DNA of 63,860 bases, the filler included, from Octopus bimaculoides (taxonomy: Eukaryota): the NCBI RefSeq assembly GCF_001194135.2. It is 8 parts of 8 records of this genome, joined end to end, with 100 filler letters (N's around TTAATTAATTAA, not from the genome) between each part and the next. Parts side by side here need not be neighbours in the genome. Positions count along the whole stretch, not along the records: positions 6,608 to 38,047 come from NC_068987.1; positions 38,148 to 46,076 come from NC_068996.1; 6 more parts are not named here. One strand, written 5' to 3'. The notes below the pieces were generated by a model that was not told the origin of the DNA, ran no database searches, and worked only from the letters and a program-made list of their open reading frames with translations. How positions within the stretch are numbered: the first letter of the stretch is position 1; each line of letters opens with the position of its first letter. Of the stretch, positions 25,676 to 41,106 are shown one piece after another. Position numbers and translations under genes: made by a program.

Positions 25676-27748
25676 GTAAAATTTTTTATGTATTGCTTAG
25701 TTCTAGAGACATTTAATTTTTAAAAAATTATATAAATCAGGCTCAAATATTCTACATGCTTTACATTCAAACAAAGCAGATCTGGTTTCTCACACCTACT
25801 CTCTGAAGAATAAACAATCACATCATTGAATTTTTAAAGCTACAAGGTTATCTGTGATTAATCTAAAACAATGTGAATAAATAAGCATTGTATTTAACAA
25901 AGTAATGTGAATGCTAAAGGGTTAACGTCCATCTTCTGTAGTTGGTTTCACAGGATTCAATAAGTCGGAGGATTATATCATGCTTTAATGCCTGCTTGTC
26001 TATATTTTTCGGTTATTTCTTAATTTAACCAAGAATTTGCAAGAATGTAGCAATATAACTGTTTCATTGTGAAACCAATATTTGTAACAAAACCTTACAA
26101 AATGTTCTTAAATAAAATTAGGGTTTTAATTTAAATATAAACATTTTAAAAACCAAATTTTGCATCATAAATCCAGAGGTGGACGTTCTGAAGTAGTTTG
26201 GTGGGAGAAAAAAAAATGGTTTTAAGATGTGTAGCAATGTCCAAACGTCTTTTAGTCTATCTAAACTGGGAAAACCAGAGTAACTGTTAATGTTAATTTT
26301 GATTCGTGGTTTATTGAAATTTAAATATTTTTTAAGGAGTTGTTTAAAAAAATGTTTGCTTTCCATTTTTCCATGTTGGCATCAGTGGAGAGGGTTTTGG
26401 TGGGGTAACTATTTTTATACTTTTCCTCCCAATAATACCTATACCATGAAGTAGTGAGTAGAACTTATTTTATGACAATCAGGCAAACTGAAACAAGTGT
26501 GTTGTATATTTTTCTCAGAGACCTCAAACAATAACTGCGATAGTAAGGTTTGAACTCTTTAGTCACAAATAAGTTACCCAGCAATTTAACCTCACAACTA
26601 TTGTACTTCTATGTAACCATAGTTTTTACTGTTCAACTTCTTTATTTCCTTGTAATGTGACAAATTTGGAGAAACTAATGATGAAAGCACTAGAATCTGG
26701 AGAAACTTGTAATAGACTGGATCAGGAAAAGTGAATCAAGCACGGTCATGTAGCTAAAAAGTTTGCTTTGAAACCGTGGAGTTTAGGGCTTGGGCCCCCA
26801 TAACACTGTTGGTCAGTGTTTTCTACGATAGTAACTGGCTGACCTTATGAGTGAATGTACCAATTCACTCACAAGTAGCCTGCCATGTATGCATGTGTAT
26901 GTGCATGAATGCATGATTGTCTATGTGTGGTAGTGTCTTCCTGTCTTGACAATTTCATACTGATTAGAAACAAAACCTTTTCACATAGACAGAGTCTTTA
27001 TTTACAATCCTCTGTAAACACATGTCCTGCCATAGGCCTGTTTGTTGTTTGAAGGATTTGGACTGTTGCTAACCCTCACTTGGAAGTAAGAGGGGGTTAA
27101 TGAAAGGAAAAGCATCCAGCCATAGAAAATCTTCCTTGGCAAGTTTCATTTGACCTATGCCAGCATGGAAAAGTGGACATTAAAATGATGACGGTGAAAC
27201 AATGATGAATTACAATAATATTGAATGTTTCAAATGGTGTCTTTATTGGATGGATTTCACTATTTTACGGCAATTGCCTCAACAATCTCTACTTCATTAC
27301 GTAAACAACAATCAGCATATAGTTTTTAGGAATTGTATATAATCATTTAGAAATATCTGACTATTGGTATGTTGAACAGAAGAAAGATAATCGTCCAGAA
27401 ATTCAGAATGTCTGAGACAAATTTATTTTTGTGGTTTGTAGATATTTCATTTGTGCTACAAATGTTTTTAAGAGAGGAATAGACTTTCTATATTTTCACC
27501 CCACTCTTCATTGCATTAAATGTCTAGTACCTCTGTAAATAGTGATTATTTAACTTTCTATCTATGGTTACGATTGTTAGATAAGGACACTATAACTAAT
27601 ATTCTGCTATAACCATATGCCTATAGACTTTAGTGAGATGTAGAGTTCAGTGTAATGTTCAATAATGAACACTGAAATAAATTTATAAAAAATATGGAAT
27701 TATGTTTTATTTCTGAAATTACATTGCTCTTTTATTTTCTTGTTTTAG

Positions 27749-27834
27749 TGACTTTTTGGTTGTTACTTGCAACCGCATCAACAGTTCTTGGGATACATAT
27801 GGTATAGAATCATTACAAAGATCTGACAAGTCAG
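27749..27834 (+). CDS. POLR3A: POLR3A exon
   Basis: tttag|...|gtatgt; (R)DFLVVTCNRINSSWDTYGIESLQRSDKS; the YGI anchor aligns with the recalled human RDKYGIND; phase 2 to 1. Confidence 0.82.
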
Positions 27835-27985
27835 GTATGTTAACCCACTTCAAGATTTTAGTGTAGTTTCTTTGTCTTCTTAATCTTTATATTTTACTTC
27901 ACTGGAAAGGTCAGGCTATTACTAGTAACCTATTATATGCTGTGGGTTAGTGTTACATTTAAGGATATTGAAAGACTGTCTAGAC

Positions 27986-30800
27986 CAGTGGCATGCGGTG
28001 ACTTCTGAGGTTGGTCATGCAATAACTACTTATTAATTTAGCTGAATCATTTTGAAATTAATTAACATAGAGAACACATTTAGTTACGTAATATGGCCAA
28101 AGTTTTAGACTGTTACGCTGTCGAAGATAGATCAACTGCTTTATCAGCTATTTGCTAATTTCAGGAAAATTATTGACACTCATTCGAGCAGCCTGCTCTG
28201 ATACTCTGTACTGAACTCTGTACATTAAAAGACTACATCTTACGCACATTGAACATACATGCATGTACATAAACACACAGAGAATGAAAGACAAGGAAAA
28301 TTCAACATTGTAAAAAGCTCAAAAATCACAAAACAAAAACCTAGCGTCTCTTTTCATTTGTTGGGAGTAGCAAAGATGTGATATATCGCAACATGCAAGG
28401 AAAAAACAAAGAAATGTAAATTACACTTACCTAATGATGAAAAAAAATTTGAAAGAATGTAAAAGTAAATTATTTATGCAAAATGATTTATACATAAACA
28501 CATCTTTCAATTTGTGTGTATGTTTCAATGTGTGCGTGTGTCATTGTCTTTCAATGTACTGAGTTCAGTAAGTATCAGAATGGGTTGCTCGAGTGAGTGT
28601 CAATTATTTTCTGGAAGTTGGCAAACAACCTGATAAAGCAGCTGATTTGTATTTGACAACTTTACAGTCTAAAATGAAAGAATGCTCTTTAATACATTCA
28701 AATTTTTAAAAAAATATTCTAAATGTTATTTACTTACTTCATTTATAAATTAATTCAGTTCTTTGATCTTTCTGGACAAATATATTTACCACATTTTCAT
28801 AGAAATCTTCTCTTTTTGTCAATTGTAATAAATCTTTTTCAATTGACATTAGTGCTAACCCAGACAGTCTTTCCTCTCCTGTTGCATTTCTTTGGTACGT
28901 TTTGATTCTAGTTTATGCAGAAAAGGATCGCTCCACCGAAGCAGTTGTAGACAGAATTATCAAAATCAACTTGCAAAGATTGAAGAGTTCTGGTATAGCT
29001 TCAACAAGATCACTGATGTAAATGTAACTCATTAAATGACTTACACTTCGTTTTTTAAAATCTTTTATTAAATACATTACATTGAACTCACTTTGTAATG
29101 AAATTACATAAAAAATCTGCCATAAGTAGTTTTTAAAGAATCTAAAGAATCTACAGGAAATTGTTTCCAATAGTCATCAACTTTGTTGAAATTCAAAAGT
29201 TCCATGAATTTAAACTCTTCTATTGAAAAATTGTTCAGTTTGTTTTCGAGCACAGTTCTAGTTTTATCTATTTACGCTTTACAATACACTATGTCATGAC
29301 TTTTACTCTGGAGGATGTGAAATAAGACATCAGTGCAAGAAAATATATCACTGAATACTTCTAATAAAAATAAGAAATCAAGAGCTTTTAAAGTATGTAA
29401 GAATCCAATTGCTGAATTTAAGGTGGTATTATCCCTTGCTTTGGGATTTTCAATGATGTCTTCAAAATGGCTGATTATGAAATTATAATTTTCTTTTGTG
29501 GTAATAATAAGACGTGAGGAGTAATTCCATCTAGCTGCTGTTATTTTGGAAATCTTTTTTTAATAATGTTATCTAATACTTTAGCCCTTTTTGATTTTGT
29601 AAAAAAATGTACTCAGTCCATTTATTGTAGAAAAAAATATCTTGCATTCTTTCATAGCAGAGCATGATTGTGAAAGAACTAAATTTAAGATATGAGCACA
29701 ACAATGAATAAAGATTTCACATATTTCTTTCTTACTTTTGACTCTGACCCATTTAATTGTCCTGCCATTGTAGTGACACCATCATAGGTTTGTGCAATCA
29801 ATTTGTTTTCACATTTCCATGATTCAATGCATTTAAAAACATGTTCAGGTAAAGCATTTGCAGATTGATCTGCACTAACATCATTCGTAACACAATCCTC
29901 TGTAACGTAATGTGTAAAACAGTTGATAGTTGTGAACATTCCGATATATCAGATGTTTCATCAACAAGAGTAGCAATGAATTTAGCCTGTTTAAGTTTAT
30001 TTTGTATTTTAATTCAACATGACCTTTTGAATTGCATTGGTCAAGTCATTTTGAATTCTGTTTTAGAAACCAGAGAAGATAGAAGCTGTATCTTAATCTC
30101 TTGCCAGTTTTTCATCATATTTACTGATTAAATATAAGAGTTCTTTATAATTTCCATGATTATTAGATTCTTCAGATTCAAAATGACCCCAAAATGATAA
30201 TTCCTGATAACCTAAAATAAAAATAAATATATCGATCAATTGTTGCAGAATGGATCTGTTTCGTCTAACTTCCTCATTATGATGTTGTATGCTCTGTTTT
30301 TACATGCATCTAATTGTAAGGCTATGTGAACATTCCTGAATATTTTAAGATCTATCAAGGATCTTATATGCCTTTGAGAATGTTCATGTTTTAGCATAGT
30401 CATATATAAATTATTTAAATCATCATAACCGTTATCACTCCAAACAGTTTTTTCTAAGCAAAACAACATGCATGGTCAGCAGAATAACTTATTAAGCGTA
30501 GCACTACCAGTTAACCATTTTTTTCTTTTCATACAAATTAACCTGAAATTGTCTTGTGAATTTCTTGTTATAGCTTCGCAAATCAGGTAATTTCGGTGTT
30601 GGTCGACCACCAATTGTTTCCCTTCAAAGTCTTTTTTTGAAAAACTATTTTTCAAAATTTCTTCTACAATACACATTTCAGTCATTTGGACAAATATTTC
30701 AAAAATCCTAAAGAGATCTTATGAAAGCAATAGTGCACGTGTGAGTGTGTGTGAGTGTGCGCATGAACTGTAAATCAGTTTCAACAAAACAGAGATAATT
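27986..30800 (-). mobile_element. hAT transposon remnant (ZMYM1-like/TTF-finger type), decayed, in POLR3A intron
   Basis: C-terminal dimerisation motif IPELFNLCKLILIILSTTASVERSFSA; IAQTYDGVTTMAGQLNG; N-terminal ..LKHEHSQRH; CAGTGGCATGCGGTGA terminus at 27986; other terminus not found. Confidence 0.82.
28151..28625. mobile_element. MITE-like element with ~80-bp imperfect terminal inverted repeats
   Basis: 28151-28233 (tttgctaatttcaggaaaattattgacactcattcgagc..) is the reverse complement of 28546-28625 (..gctcgagtgagtgtcaattattttctggaagttggcaaa); no clear TSD. Confidence 0.6.
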
Positions 30801-30837
30801 TTAGTAAATCAATGAAAGATTAATTAGCTAAAAGACA

Positions 30838-31056
30838 CCATTTCGAGCGTGGTCGTTTTCGTGCGGGTGACACGTAAAAGCACCCACTACACTCTCTGAG
30901 TGGTTGGCGTTAGGAAGGGCATCCAGCTGTAGAAACTCTGCCAAATTAGATTGGAGCCTGGTGTAGCCATCCGGTTGCACCAGTCCTCAGTCAAATCGTC
31001 CAACCCATGCTAGCATGGAAAGCGGACGTTAAACAATGATGATGATGATGATGATA
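30838..31056 (+). mobile_element. RTE 3'-end fragment or RTE-tailed short element with (GAT)n tail
   Basis: gcgttaggaagggcatccagc..ccaacccatgctagcatggaaagcggacgttaaa(gat)n; related pieces near 7755-8175, 19300-19460, 27080-27195 and 35495-35900. Confidence 0.75.
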
Positions 31057-32035
31057 TTTCTGATTCCAGAATTTTTGAAAATTTATTCAATACAGAGGAT
31101 GGTTAATGATAATAATTTCAAAACTTACGACAGAGCAAAATAGATATTCCAAAGTCATGGCAACATTTGAGCTGACTAATTAAGAATTGTGGGATTGTTG
31201 AGATGGTTTGGTCAGAATTTTTACAGATCACAAAGTGAAAATCCATTCATCTATTTAGCCTGTCCCGTTAGCGACATCAATTGCAAAGAATTGTTGACAA
31301 AGAAGAAGCAATAGAAAGGGAGGGGAGAGCCAAAGCTGTAACATTTATTTTTCTCAAAGCATGCCTTCTGTAATTATTTTATCAAGATAAAGAATCTTAC
31401 AGGCGTTGACTTTACAGACAGGCAAGAGAGAAATTATAGTTATGGAAGATAGGAAGGAGAGGGCAAAAGATCTTGTATGCATTTTCAATGACTTGGACAA
31501 CTTTTCAATGTAGTCATAAATACATTACATTCTTAAAATAAAACAAAATGTAGAAGATATTTTATCAGAAAACTCATTTACATGTAATTAATGAGGACAT
31601 TATTACAAAAATTTCATGGGATTTATCTTCGGTATATGTCTGTGTGGTGTTTGAGTTTCATTGTTTGTATGATATAAATAGTGCAGAAAGAGAACTGAAG
31701 AGTAGATAAATCTGACCAAATATTTGTATCTAGTTACACCCTTTATATTCTGAGTTCAAATCTCACTGGGATTGATATTTCCATTTCATTCTTTTGGGAT
31801 CAATAACGTAAGTACCATATACACACCAGGGTTCATTCTATTAATTACACAAATTTTAGCCTTATGTCAATGTGAGAAGTGTCTGTATTCTAGATAATTG
31901 AAACAAACTACTGTTAACCATTCTTGCTTCTGGTTTTTTGCTGTACCTCTGCACAGAAATTTGCTTGTGTGCAGATTTAGACTTTCTTTAAAAAATACCA
32001 TCACACAAATTTCTTCAATTAAACATATTTGATGT

Positions 32036-32435
32036 TGTAAAAGGTTGATAGTTGCAATAGAGATATTAGTCTCTCTCTATCACCTTTTAACAAAATTATA
32101 TATTAAGAAACAGTAGAACAATTAACAACATAATAAAAATAAGTTTTATTTTTGGTGATGCTTGGTTTTACAAATCCTGTGTCATTCAGCTTGGTAATCA
32201 CTGGTTAACTTGTAATCAGCATTGGAAGGTTAAAAGCTTCGTTGAGGCATCTGAAAGGAGCAAGTTGTTGTCACCTCGAAGGTATCATGCTGAAGAGGTC
32301 TTAGAAAATGAAAGAAACGCTTTAAGTACTGGTTTTACTACGCATGTGCACTCGAGGGGCTTCCGGGAAGGCAAGTCCCTTGTGCATGCGTAGATTGTAC
32401 TTCCTTAATGGCGGCCATAATTTCGCGCCACTACA
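32036..32435 (-). mobile_element. Solo LTR (probably Gypsy/Ty3 type) in POLR3A intron
   Basis: Minus-strand TGTAG...TTACA termini; 4-bp TSD ATGT on both sides; homologous to 55444-55983. Confidence 0.85.
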
Positions 32436-32864
32436 ATGTCATTTTGAAAAATCTTGTGTGCACACATTTTTTTCCTTTGTGCAATAGTTATATAATATGT
32501 GCCCAGTTTAGAGGGAACACTCTTGTTATCATTTTATTTTCAAAACAAATTTGAAGAAGTGCTTTGTCAGTTACCAAAAGTGTTGTAAAACACTATCATT
32601 AGTATTCCATTAACAATAATGGAATCAGTTTGGTTCAGTTTTACAAGTTATTCAACCTAGTGTTTAATAGGGACATCTAATAAGTATATTTCACTGTTTG
32701 ATAGATGCATTTGATAAATAAATTTCATGGTTGCTATTTAAAGATGAATTCCTGAAATCACAGAATCTTATTTAGTATTAAACTACAAAACTGAAATACA
32801 TTTTAAGAAATTTTTAATGAATTCTTCTTTTGATGATTATTTGTTTTTAAAAAATATTTTTCAG

Positions 32865-32957
32865 TGTTGTTTCAATTGGAGAGAGTCAGCAAAACTCAGT
32901 TTGAAAGATTCTTGGAATGTTGTCGACAAAAATACCTTCGATCAAAAATGGAGCCTG
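32865..32957 (+). CDS. POLR3A: POLR3A exon
   Basis: ttcag|...|gtaggt; [31 protein letters not shown](G). Confidence 0.93.
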
Positions 32958-33775
32958 GTAGGTTCTTTATGTTTCTGTAACTAATTGGATGGAATTTATC
33001 CTTCTTTTGTGAATTTTTTTTATCCATTGTTTATGTGGATTTACTGGCTGAAACATTTATATAGAAGGACATTACTTGACTGCTCGAATTTGAAACTTAG
33101 CAGCTTGGATCATATTGTCTTTGTAGTTAGAACACTGGAGATATTAGAAAACTTAGAAATTGAATTGTGCCTCTTATGGCACAATTTAATTCTTGCCATT
33201 CTCACTTTGTATTAGAAAGAACACTTTAGTAATAAAGCATCTCTGTGACACTTTCATTGTTGTGCCAACATTGAATTATAAACTTAAGAAAAACAACACC
33301 TATGCAACACTTTTCACTTTACCCAACAATAACTTATTTTGTATTCACATGTTCTGTTGCTAGAGGCTGCTACATAATGGCAGTGAAATTAAAGATGGTT
33401 GATTTTTTTTTTAACAGTGGAAAAAAGAAGGAATGAGTGAGAGAGAAACAACTCTTACATGGTTCTTAAAAATATCCTACATGTTATTTCTCTTTATTTA
33501 TTTTGTAGCTCCAGTGTAGATTTTCCATACATTATGGCCTTCTGTGTAGTTACATTTTCTGTCCTTGCTACAGATCATACGTAGGCCCATGTATGTTCTT
33601 CTTGGGTGCAAATTATGAATTTCTGGTCATGTTTTCTTTTTGCTTTATCTGTCGATATGCTTTCAGACCAGTATCCTTTCTGTTTCACCTTCCCATCAGT
33701 TTCAATGGATAACATCTGAAGTCTGGCCAGTGTCTTACATATGTGTTCTGTTTGCTGGAGGCTGCTACATAATGG

Positions 33776-33859
<84 letters not shown>

Positions 33860-34172
33860 GGGAGAGAGAGAAGTGTGTGTTTAAAGGGAGAGAATTGCTC
33901 CTAAATTTGTTTTTTTTCTTTCTCGTTTTATGTTGAGAAATTCTTATTGGAGAGTAAAAAGGTGTTACTTTTATATTTTGGTTGAGTTCCAGCTGTTTCA
34001 ATTCCAATCTGCAACTTACTTTTTGATTTTTATGTTTGAGATAGTGTCAGCTTCTGCCTTACTGTTATTCTTTTTTTTATTTTGTTAATATTATAAATTA
34101 TTAAAATTTATAACTTGGTTTTTTGTTACATACTAATGTGAGTCATGATATCTCTGTATGGTACAGAATTAA

Positions 34173-35099
<927 letters not shown>

Positions 35100-35251
35100 A
35101 CATTACTCTTGGTGTGCCTCGTATCAAAGAAATCATCAATGCAACCAGGAACATAAGCACACCAATTATCACAGCTCAGTTAGATGTGGATGATGATCCA
35201 GAAATTGCTAGACGGGTCAAAGGTCGGATTGAGAAAACCCTCCTTGGTGAG
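35100..35251 (+). CDS. POLR3A: POLR3A exon, last visible in window
   Basis: gctag|AC ATT ACT CTT GGT GTG...GGT GAG|gtaaaa; (N)[50 protein letters not shown]. Confidence 0.96.
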
Positions 35252-35914
35252 GTAAAAATATATTCAATTTTAGTAACTGAATGTAATTTTTTTCTTTTTT
35301 GTTCTATGCAGAAATTAATTTGAATCATAAAATTGTATGGATGTTCTTATAACATTTTATATATATATATTATTTTATCTTACATCAACTTTTCCACTCC
35401 AGAATGATGAAATAGTATTTGTAAAATAGCAAGAAGATTTATGTACCTTGCCATGGCTTTGAGCTCTAGATCACTTGTTTAGCACATTATTTGATATCAT
35501 CATCATCGTTTAACGTATGCCTTCCATGCTGGCATGGGTTGGACGGTTTGTCAGGAGCCGGCCAGGTAGAAGTCTACCCCAGGCTACTGTGTCTGTTTTT
35601 GCATGCTTTTTACATTTTAGTGCCCTGCAGAGTGGACTGAGTGCTTTTTACATGACACCAGCACAAGTGAGGTCAGTTTTGACATGATTTTTACAATGCC
35701 AATCACTTCACAGTGTGGACTGGATGCTTTTTATGTGGCACCAGCACCAGCAGTCACTTGCAAGACAAAGAATTTTAGAGTGGAGGGGACATTGGAGGCG
35801 GTGATCTTGTGTCAGATGATGAAAGGCTAGAGTATGACAAAGTGACAGAGAGGCAGAAACATGTGTCTTGCTATAGAGGAGGTACATGGTTACCCGGCCA
35901 GAGAGTGAGAGAGT

Positions 35915-36235
35915 GTGTGTGTGTGGCACTCCGTCGCTTACGACATCGAGGGTTCCAGTTGATCCGATCAACGGAACAGCCTGCTCGTGAAATTAACGTC
36001 CAAGTGACTGATCACTCCACAGACACGTGTACCCTTAACGTAATTCTCGGGGAGATTCAGCGTGACACAGAGTGTGACAAGGCTGGCTCTTTGAATTACA
36101 GGCACAACAGAAACAGGAAGAAAGAGTGAGAGAAAGTTGTGATGAAAGAATACAGTAGGGTTCGACACCACTCCCTGCTGGAATCTCATGTAGTTTAGGT
36201 GTTTTCGCTCAATAAACACTCACAACGCCTGGTCT
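35915..36235 (-). mobile_element. tRNA-derived SINE, family C (head lost in gap)
   Basis: Reverse complement of the body seen at about 7478-7672; 5' side matches the continuation of the head at 44966-45044 (cagaccgggcgttg). Confidence 0.75.
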
Positions 36236-39200
36236 NNNNNNNNNNNNNNNNNNNNNNNNNNNNNNNNNNNNNNNNNNNNNNNNNNNNNNNNNNNNNNNNN
36301 NNNNNNNNNNNNNNNNNNNNNNNNNNNNNNNNNNNNNNNNNNNNNNNNNNNNNNNNNNNNNNNNNNNNNNNNNNNNNNNNNNNNNNNNNNNNNNNNNNNN
36401 NNNNNNNNNNNNNNNNNNNNNNNNNNNNNNNNNNNNNNNNNNNNNNNNNNNNNNNNNNNNNNNNNNNNNNNNNNNNNNNNNNNNNNNNNNNNNNNNNNNN
36501 NNNNNNNNNNNNNNNNNNNNNNNNNNNNNNNNNNNTATATATTGATATAAAAGATGGTGTAAAGATTACATCACAAAAGAAAAAGTATACGTAGTATTAC
36601 CCATTCTAATAGGTTTATCACATCCCTTTGAAAAGGTATATTTGTATAAAGGTTCGTTGGATTTCAAAAATCTGCCCATACTGTACCACTATTCAGCATA
36701 GAGTGAATGTTAAATTGATTGGATTGAGTTTATATTTAACTAGCTTGTATAAGATAGAAAGAAAAGATAAAAGGTAAAAAATAAAAAGTAAAAAATCAAA
36801 TAAAAGTAGTAGAAGTAAAACCAAGTGTAACAAAAGTAAAAATAAGAATAATAAAGTTAAATACACATATAAATAAGATTTAGCAAAATTGGAATAAAAG
36901 AAATAAAAATATAAAGTAAAATAAGAGATAAAGAGATAAAATACTATAGAGCTGATAACAAGATGTTGGCTTGGATGAAATGGTAGTGGTCATAAATAAT
37001 TTCCTAGCTTGACCACTTGTTGAATTAGAGATTAAAGTTGTAATTTGATATCATTGTGATGAATGGTCAGTTTACCCAAACACACCACAAAAAATTCCTC
37101 GCTTTATAAACTTATCTATTACATGGGTACATACATGTATATGTATATATGTGTATACACACACACTCATACAGATACATACGCTAACATGCTCGAGCAT
37201 ATACAAGTATGCCTCATTACGCACAGCTCTAAATACATGAATATACACATACATCTCCACACATATCTACAGTTACACCCTAGTAACCATATACATACAC
37301 TCACATGTCCACCTATCCTTAAGCACATATACAGATATAGATATATCTCCATGTATAGTATCTGCATACATGCACACACGTCCATCCATGTATATACACA
37401 TACCTGGTATTAAGTAACAAGTTGAAATGAGGAATGATCAATAAAGGAAATGATTTTAAAAGAAAAGAAATAAATATAAGTGATAAAAGGGAGCAGCAAA
37501 TTAACAATAAGTGAAATAATTGATATAGAGATATAAGGTTCTATAGGAATAGAGTTTTACAAGAATCATTTTAAAAAAATAATTGTGAAATAGCATTAGA
37601 AGTAGTAAAAATACTGACAGAATAAACTGGTGATATCAGAAAGATGTTGTAAAATATCAAAACCCATCAAATATATTTGGAAATACATAAAAGATACATG
37701 ACAAGATACATAAAAAGATAAATAATAATAGGTTACAATGAGGTAAAAATAAAATGAAGGGGTAAAAAGTTCAAGTGAAAATGTAATAAATAAAATGAAA
37801 TGAAAATTAAGATGGAAGTTAAAAATAAAGTACGAAGAAAAATTATAATAATAGTAATAATATAGTGATTGGAAAAATATAGTGATTGGAGAAATTTCAA
37901 GTCTATCTACTTGTGTAAATTATCTCATTGGGCAACGTTTACTATACTCCTATTTTAGTTGTTTAGGAAGTGTTATATGAAGTTAAAAGAGTCTAGGTTC
38001 CTATCTACTAATGCTTACTAGTATAATATTGTTATAAACATTATTGANNNNNNNNNNNNNNNNNNNNNNNNNNNNNNNNNNNNNNNNNNNNTTAATTAAT
38101 TAANNNNNNNNNNNNNNNNNNNNNNNNNNNNNNNNNNNNNNNNNNNNCAATCATCATCATCATTATCATCATCATTGATTATCGTCAGTAGTTCACATAT
38201 CCGAAAAAGAAACACACTCTAAAGCTTTAGAGCAATAATGTTTCCTTTAGGAAGTCAGATGCAAGAGCTACCAGTAGAAAACTCTGTATACTGGATGCTA
38301 GCAAGCTTATGGGATCATTAGGAGATAATGAGCGCCGTTATGGAGCCTACCCCTCGACGCAATATTGCGCAACCCACACTTCACTGAGATGAGGCCCTGC
38401 TTGCTAGAGCAACTGGTTATCAAGTTTCGCTCAATATTCGTCTAGCCATTACTGATCGTCTCCTTTTAACCCAATCCAGTGGCTTGCCTTTTTAACAATA
38501 GCCTGGATGTCACTCATGGTGGTATTTGATTTACGATGATTTAGGACTAGCGACAATATTCATCTCACACTGTGTCCAATGAATCCTCTACATTCAACTT
38601 CAGTTGGAAAATTCTCTGCTTTCCTACTTGCGTCCTCACGTCCCTCGAGAAGGTCTTTACAACGGTCGATCTTTCGAGTCCAAACAGCATCCATGTTACC
38701 TTCATGCAGAACCCTTAACTCGTCTAAATTTGAAACTTTGTCTCTTTTACAACATATTATACTACTGAGATGAGGAAGAATCCTTGGCATCTTTGTAAAT
38801 CTGCGTCACCTCCCAACAGCCGTCCCTCTTTCCTTGTTCATAGGAAATTTCTTCAAACGATGCTGTTATCCTGAATGAATGAAGGTAATGAAATCTCTGG
38901 TTGGTTTCTTAAGTGTTTTCTTTTTTTTTTTTTTTTACACTGTTGATGAGGGCAATTTGATTCTTTGTAGCATTGAAAAGGACCTTAAGGCCCAGATTAT
39001 GTCTCTACATATATCTATCCAATGCCAGTGAGCAGTTGAAGAATACTATATTTATAACATATTTATGTAACATACTAAAGTGAGAACAAAGGTGTTTAAA
39101 TATATGTAAATATAGCAGGAAATCATGAAATATCCGGAAGTGATTCAGTTTGGAGAGTCAAAGTCCGGCATGAGAGTCAAAGTCCGGTAGAAGAGAGTTC

Positions 39201-39388
39201 AACAAATCCTTAGGGTTGATTTGATCTTTAGAGGTAAGTAAAATCCATGTGATCATTGGTGAAATGCTCGCAAGTGATGAGTCGGCAAAGTACACGTAGT
39301 TTTTAGTTATATATTTGATGACGAATGTGGTATGCAACATATAAACATACATACACACGTACACACACAAACACTCACACACAGACAA

Positions 39389-39450
<62 letters not shown>

Positions 39451-39715
39451 ATATATATATATATATATAAAACGTTGGCAAAGAATAGGAGAATGGAAAT
39501 TTTATTCACATCCGAAAACTTCTTTATTTAAAAATTTTCGACAGCATATACACCTGACCTACATATGTTTCGACTGCAGCAACTGCACATTGCTCTGTAT
39601 GTAATTATGCATTCTAGTCGTTGCAATTTCATCAAGGGTCCACTATTTACGACTTTTTCAAAGTAAACTGATTCAAACAAGCTTCCTGCGTTGGTATTCA
39701 GTTGAAGATAAAAGC

Positions 39716-39870
39716 GTTGTTACATTATTTACATTATTTACATTTGACGGATATTTTTCCTCATCTTGTTTGTTGTAAACACAACGTTTCGGTTGATAAA
39801 CCCTCCAGCTTTCATCAGGTGTCTTGGGGAAATTTAGAACCTGGGTTCTCATTCCTAAGGTATTTTTCGA

Positions 39871-39963
<93 letters not shown>

Positions 39964-40090
39964 CGTCACTGCCTGGGATCGAACTCGGATTGTTGGGGTT
40001 AGTAGCCAGCGCTCTAAACCACTAAATATCCGTCAAGTGTAAATAATGTAAATAATGTACATAATTCCTCATCTCTTAAATATAGAACTT
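39716..40090 (-). mobile_element. Family D repeat with expanded (AAT)n, plus an inverted 3'-tail fragment (about 40027-40090, + strand) at its 5' end
   Basis: Hammerhead at 39778-39823 (-): GACAC CTGATGA..GAAAC GTT GTGTT; B box GAGTTCGATCCC; atccgtcaagtgtaaataat..aaatatagaact follows in opposite orientation. Confidence 0.85.
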
Positions 40091-41106
40091 TAAAAGCGTT
40101 TTTGTCTATATTCGATGGAATGATGGTCTTATAATCATGCCTGCTGGTATTATAGTTGAAGCGTGGGTTTAAAAAATAGTTTATTCAGATTTCAATTAAA
40201 TGTAGCAGTATATTGCTTACATGTGTTGTATGGAGTACATTATTTGTTCAGAGGTATTTTACTTATTTGGGTTTATACCCTCGTTTAATATTATTGTTAT
40301 CCTTATTATTAGCAGTATTATTAGTATAAATATAATTTATTATTATAATAATGATTGAAACTAGTATAATTACTGTAGGTGGTGAGTTGTGTTTATTTAA
40401 ATTGTTTAAACGTATGTTTTCTCAAGTGTGGACATATTCGAATCTGTCCCTATCTTGTGTTTATAAAAGTAAATTTAGAAGTGAAAATTTGGTACATTTC
40501 TTCCAATCAAAGGTCACAAAAAATAAAACGTGAAAATCTGACTTAGTTGGAATTTCATTGGTTAATATATATATAAATAATAAATGAGTATATGCATATA
40601 TACGTACAAGTATGTACATACCTACATCTACCTGTATATATAGGTGCATATCTGGGTACAGGTCGTTGCAAACAAAACGAAGACAAATGAAAAACAGAGT
40701 ACAGAAGACACACAGGCCACATAGAGAACATTTCCTTCATCAGCTGTCTCCATTCCAACACTGGTGTTTCGAAGAGTTCAGGTTTATCATCCCCTCTCCT
40801 CTTTATCTTTCTTCCACTTCAACTTATACTGATTCTTATTTCCTCTCTTTGCTTCCTTCCCCCATGCACGTACCAACCCTTCAGTGTTCTGCTTTGTTAT
40901 AACCAGAAATGACACTGACGAAAGTCACATTAATTTTTTAGGTCGTTTAATTTGTCTCAACTGATCAATGGCCCGATTGAGTAAACCTATCAATAACGAA
41001 CATATAATGACTACTGGAAACAGTTGTAAGTCAAATTTACCACAGTAAAGACAAATATTATGTATGCTTTGTCTTGGGTATACATACATACGTAAACACA
41101 CACACA

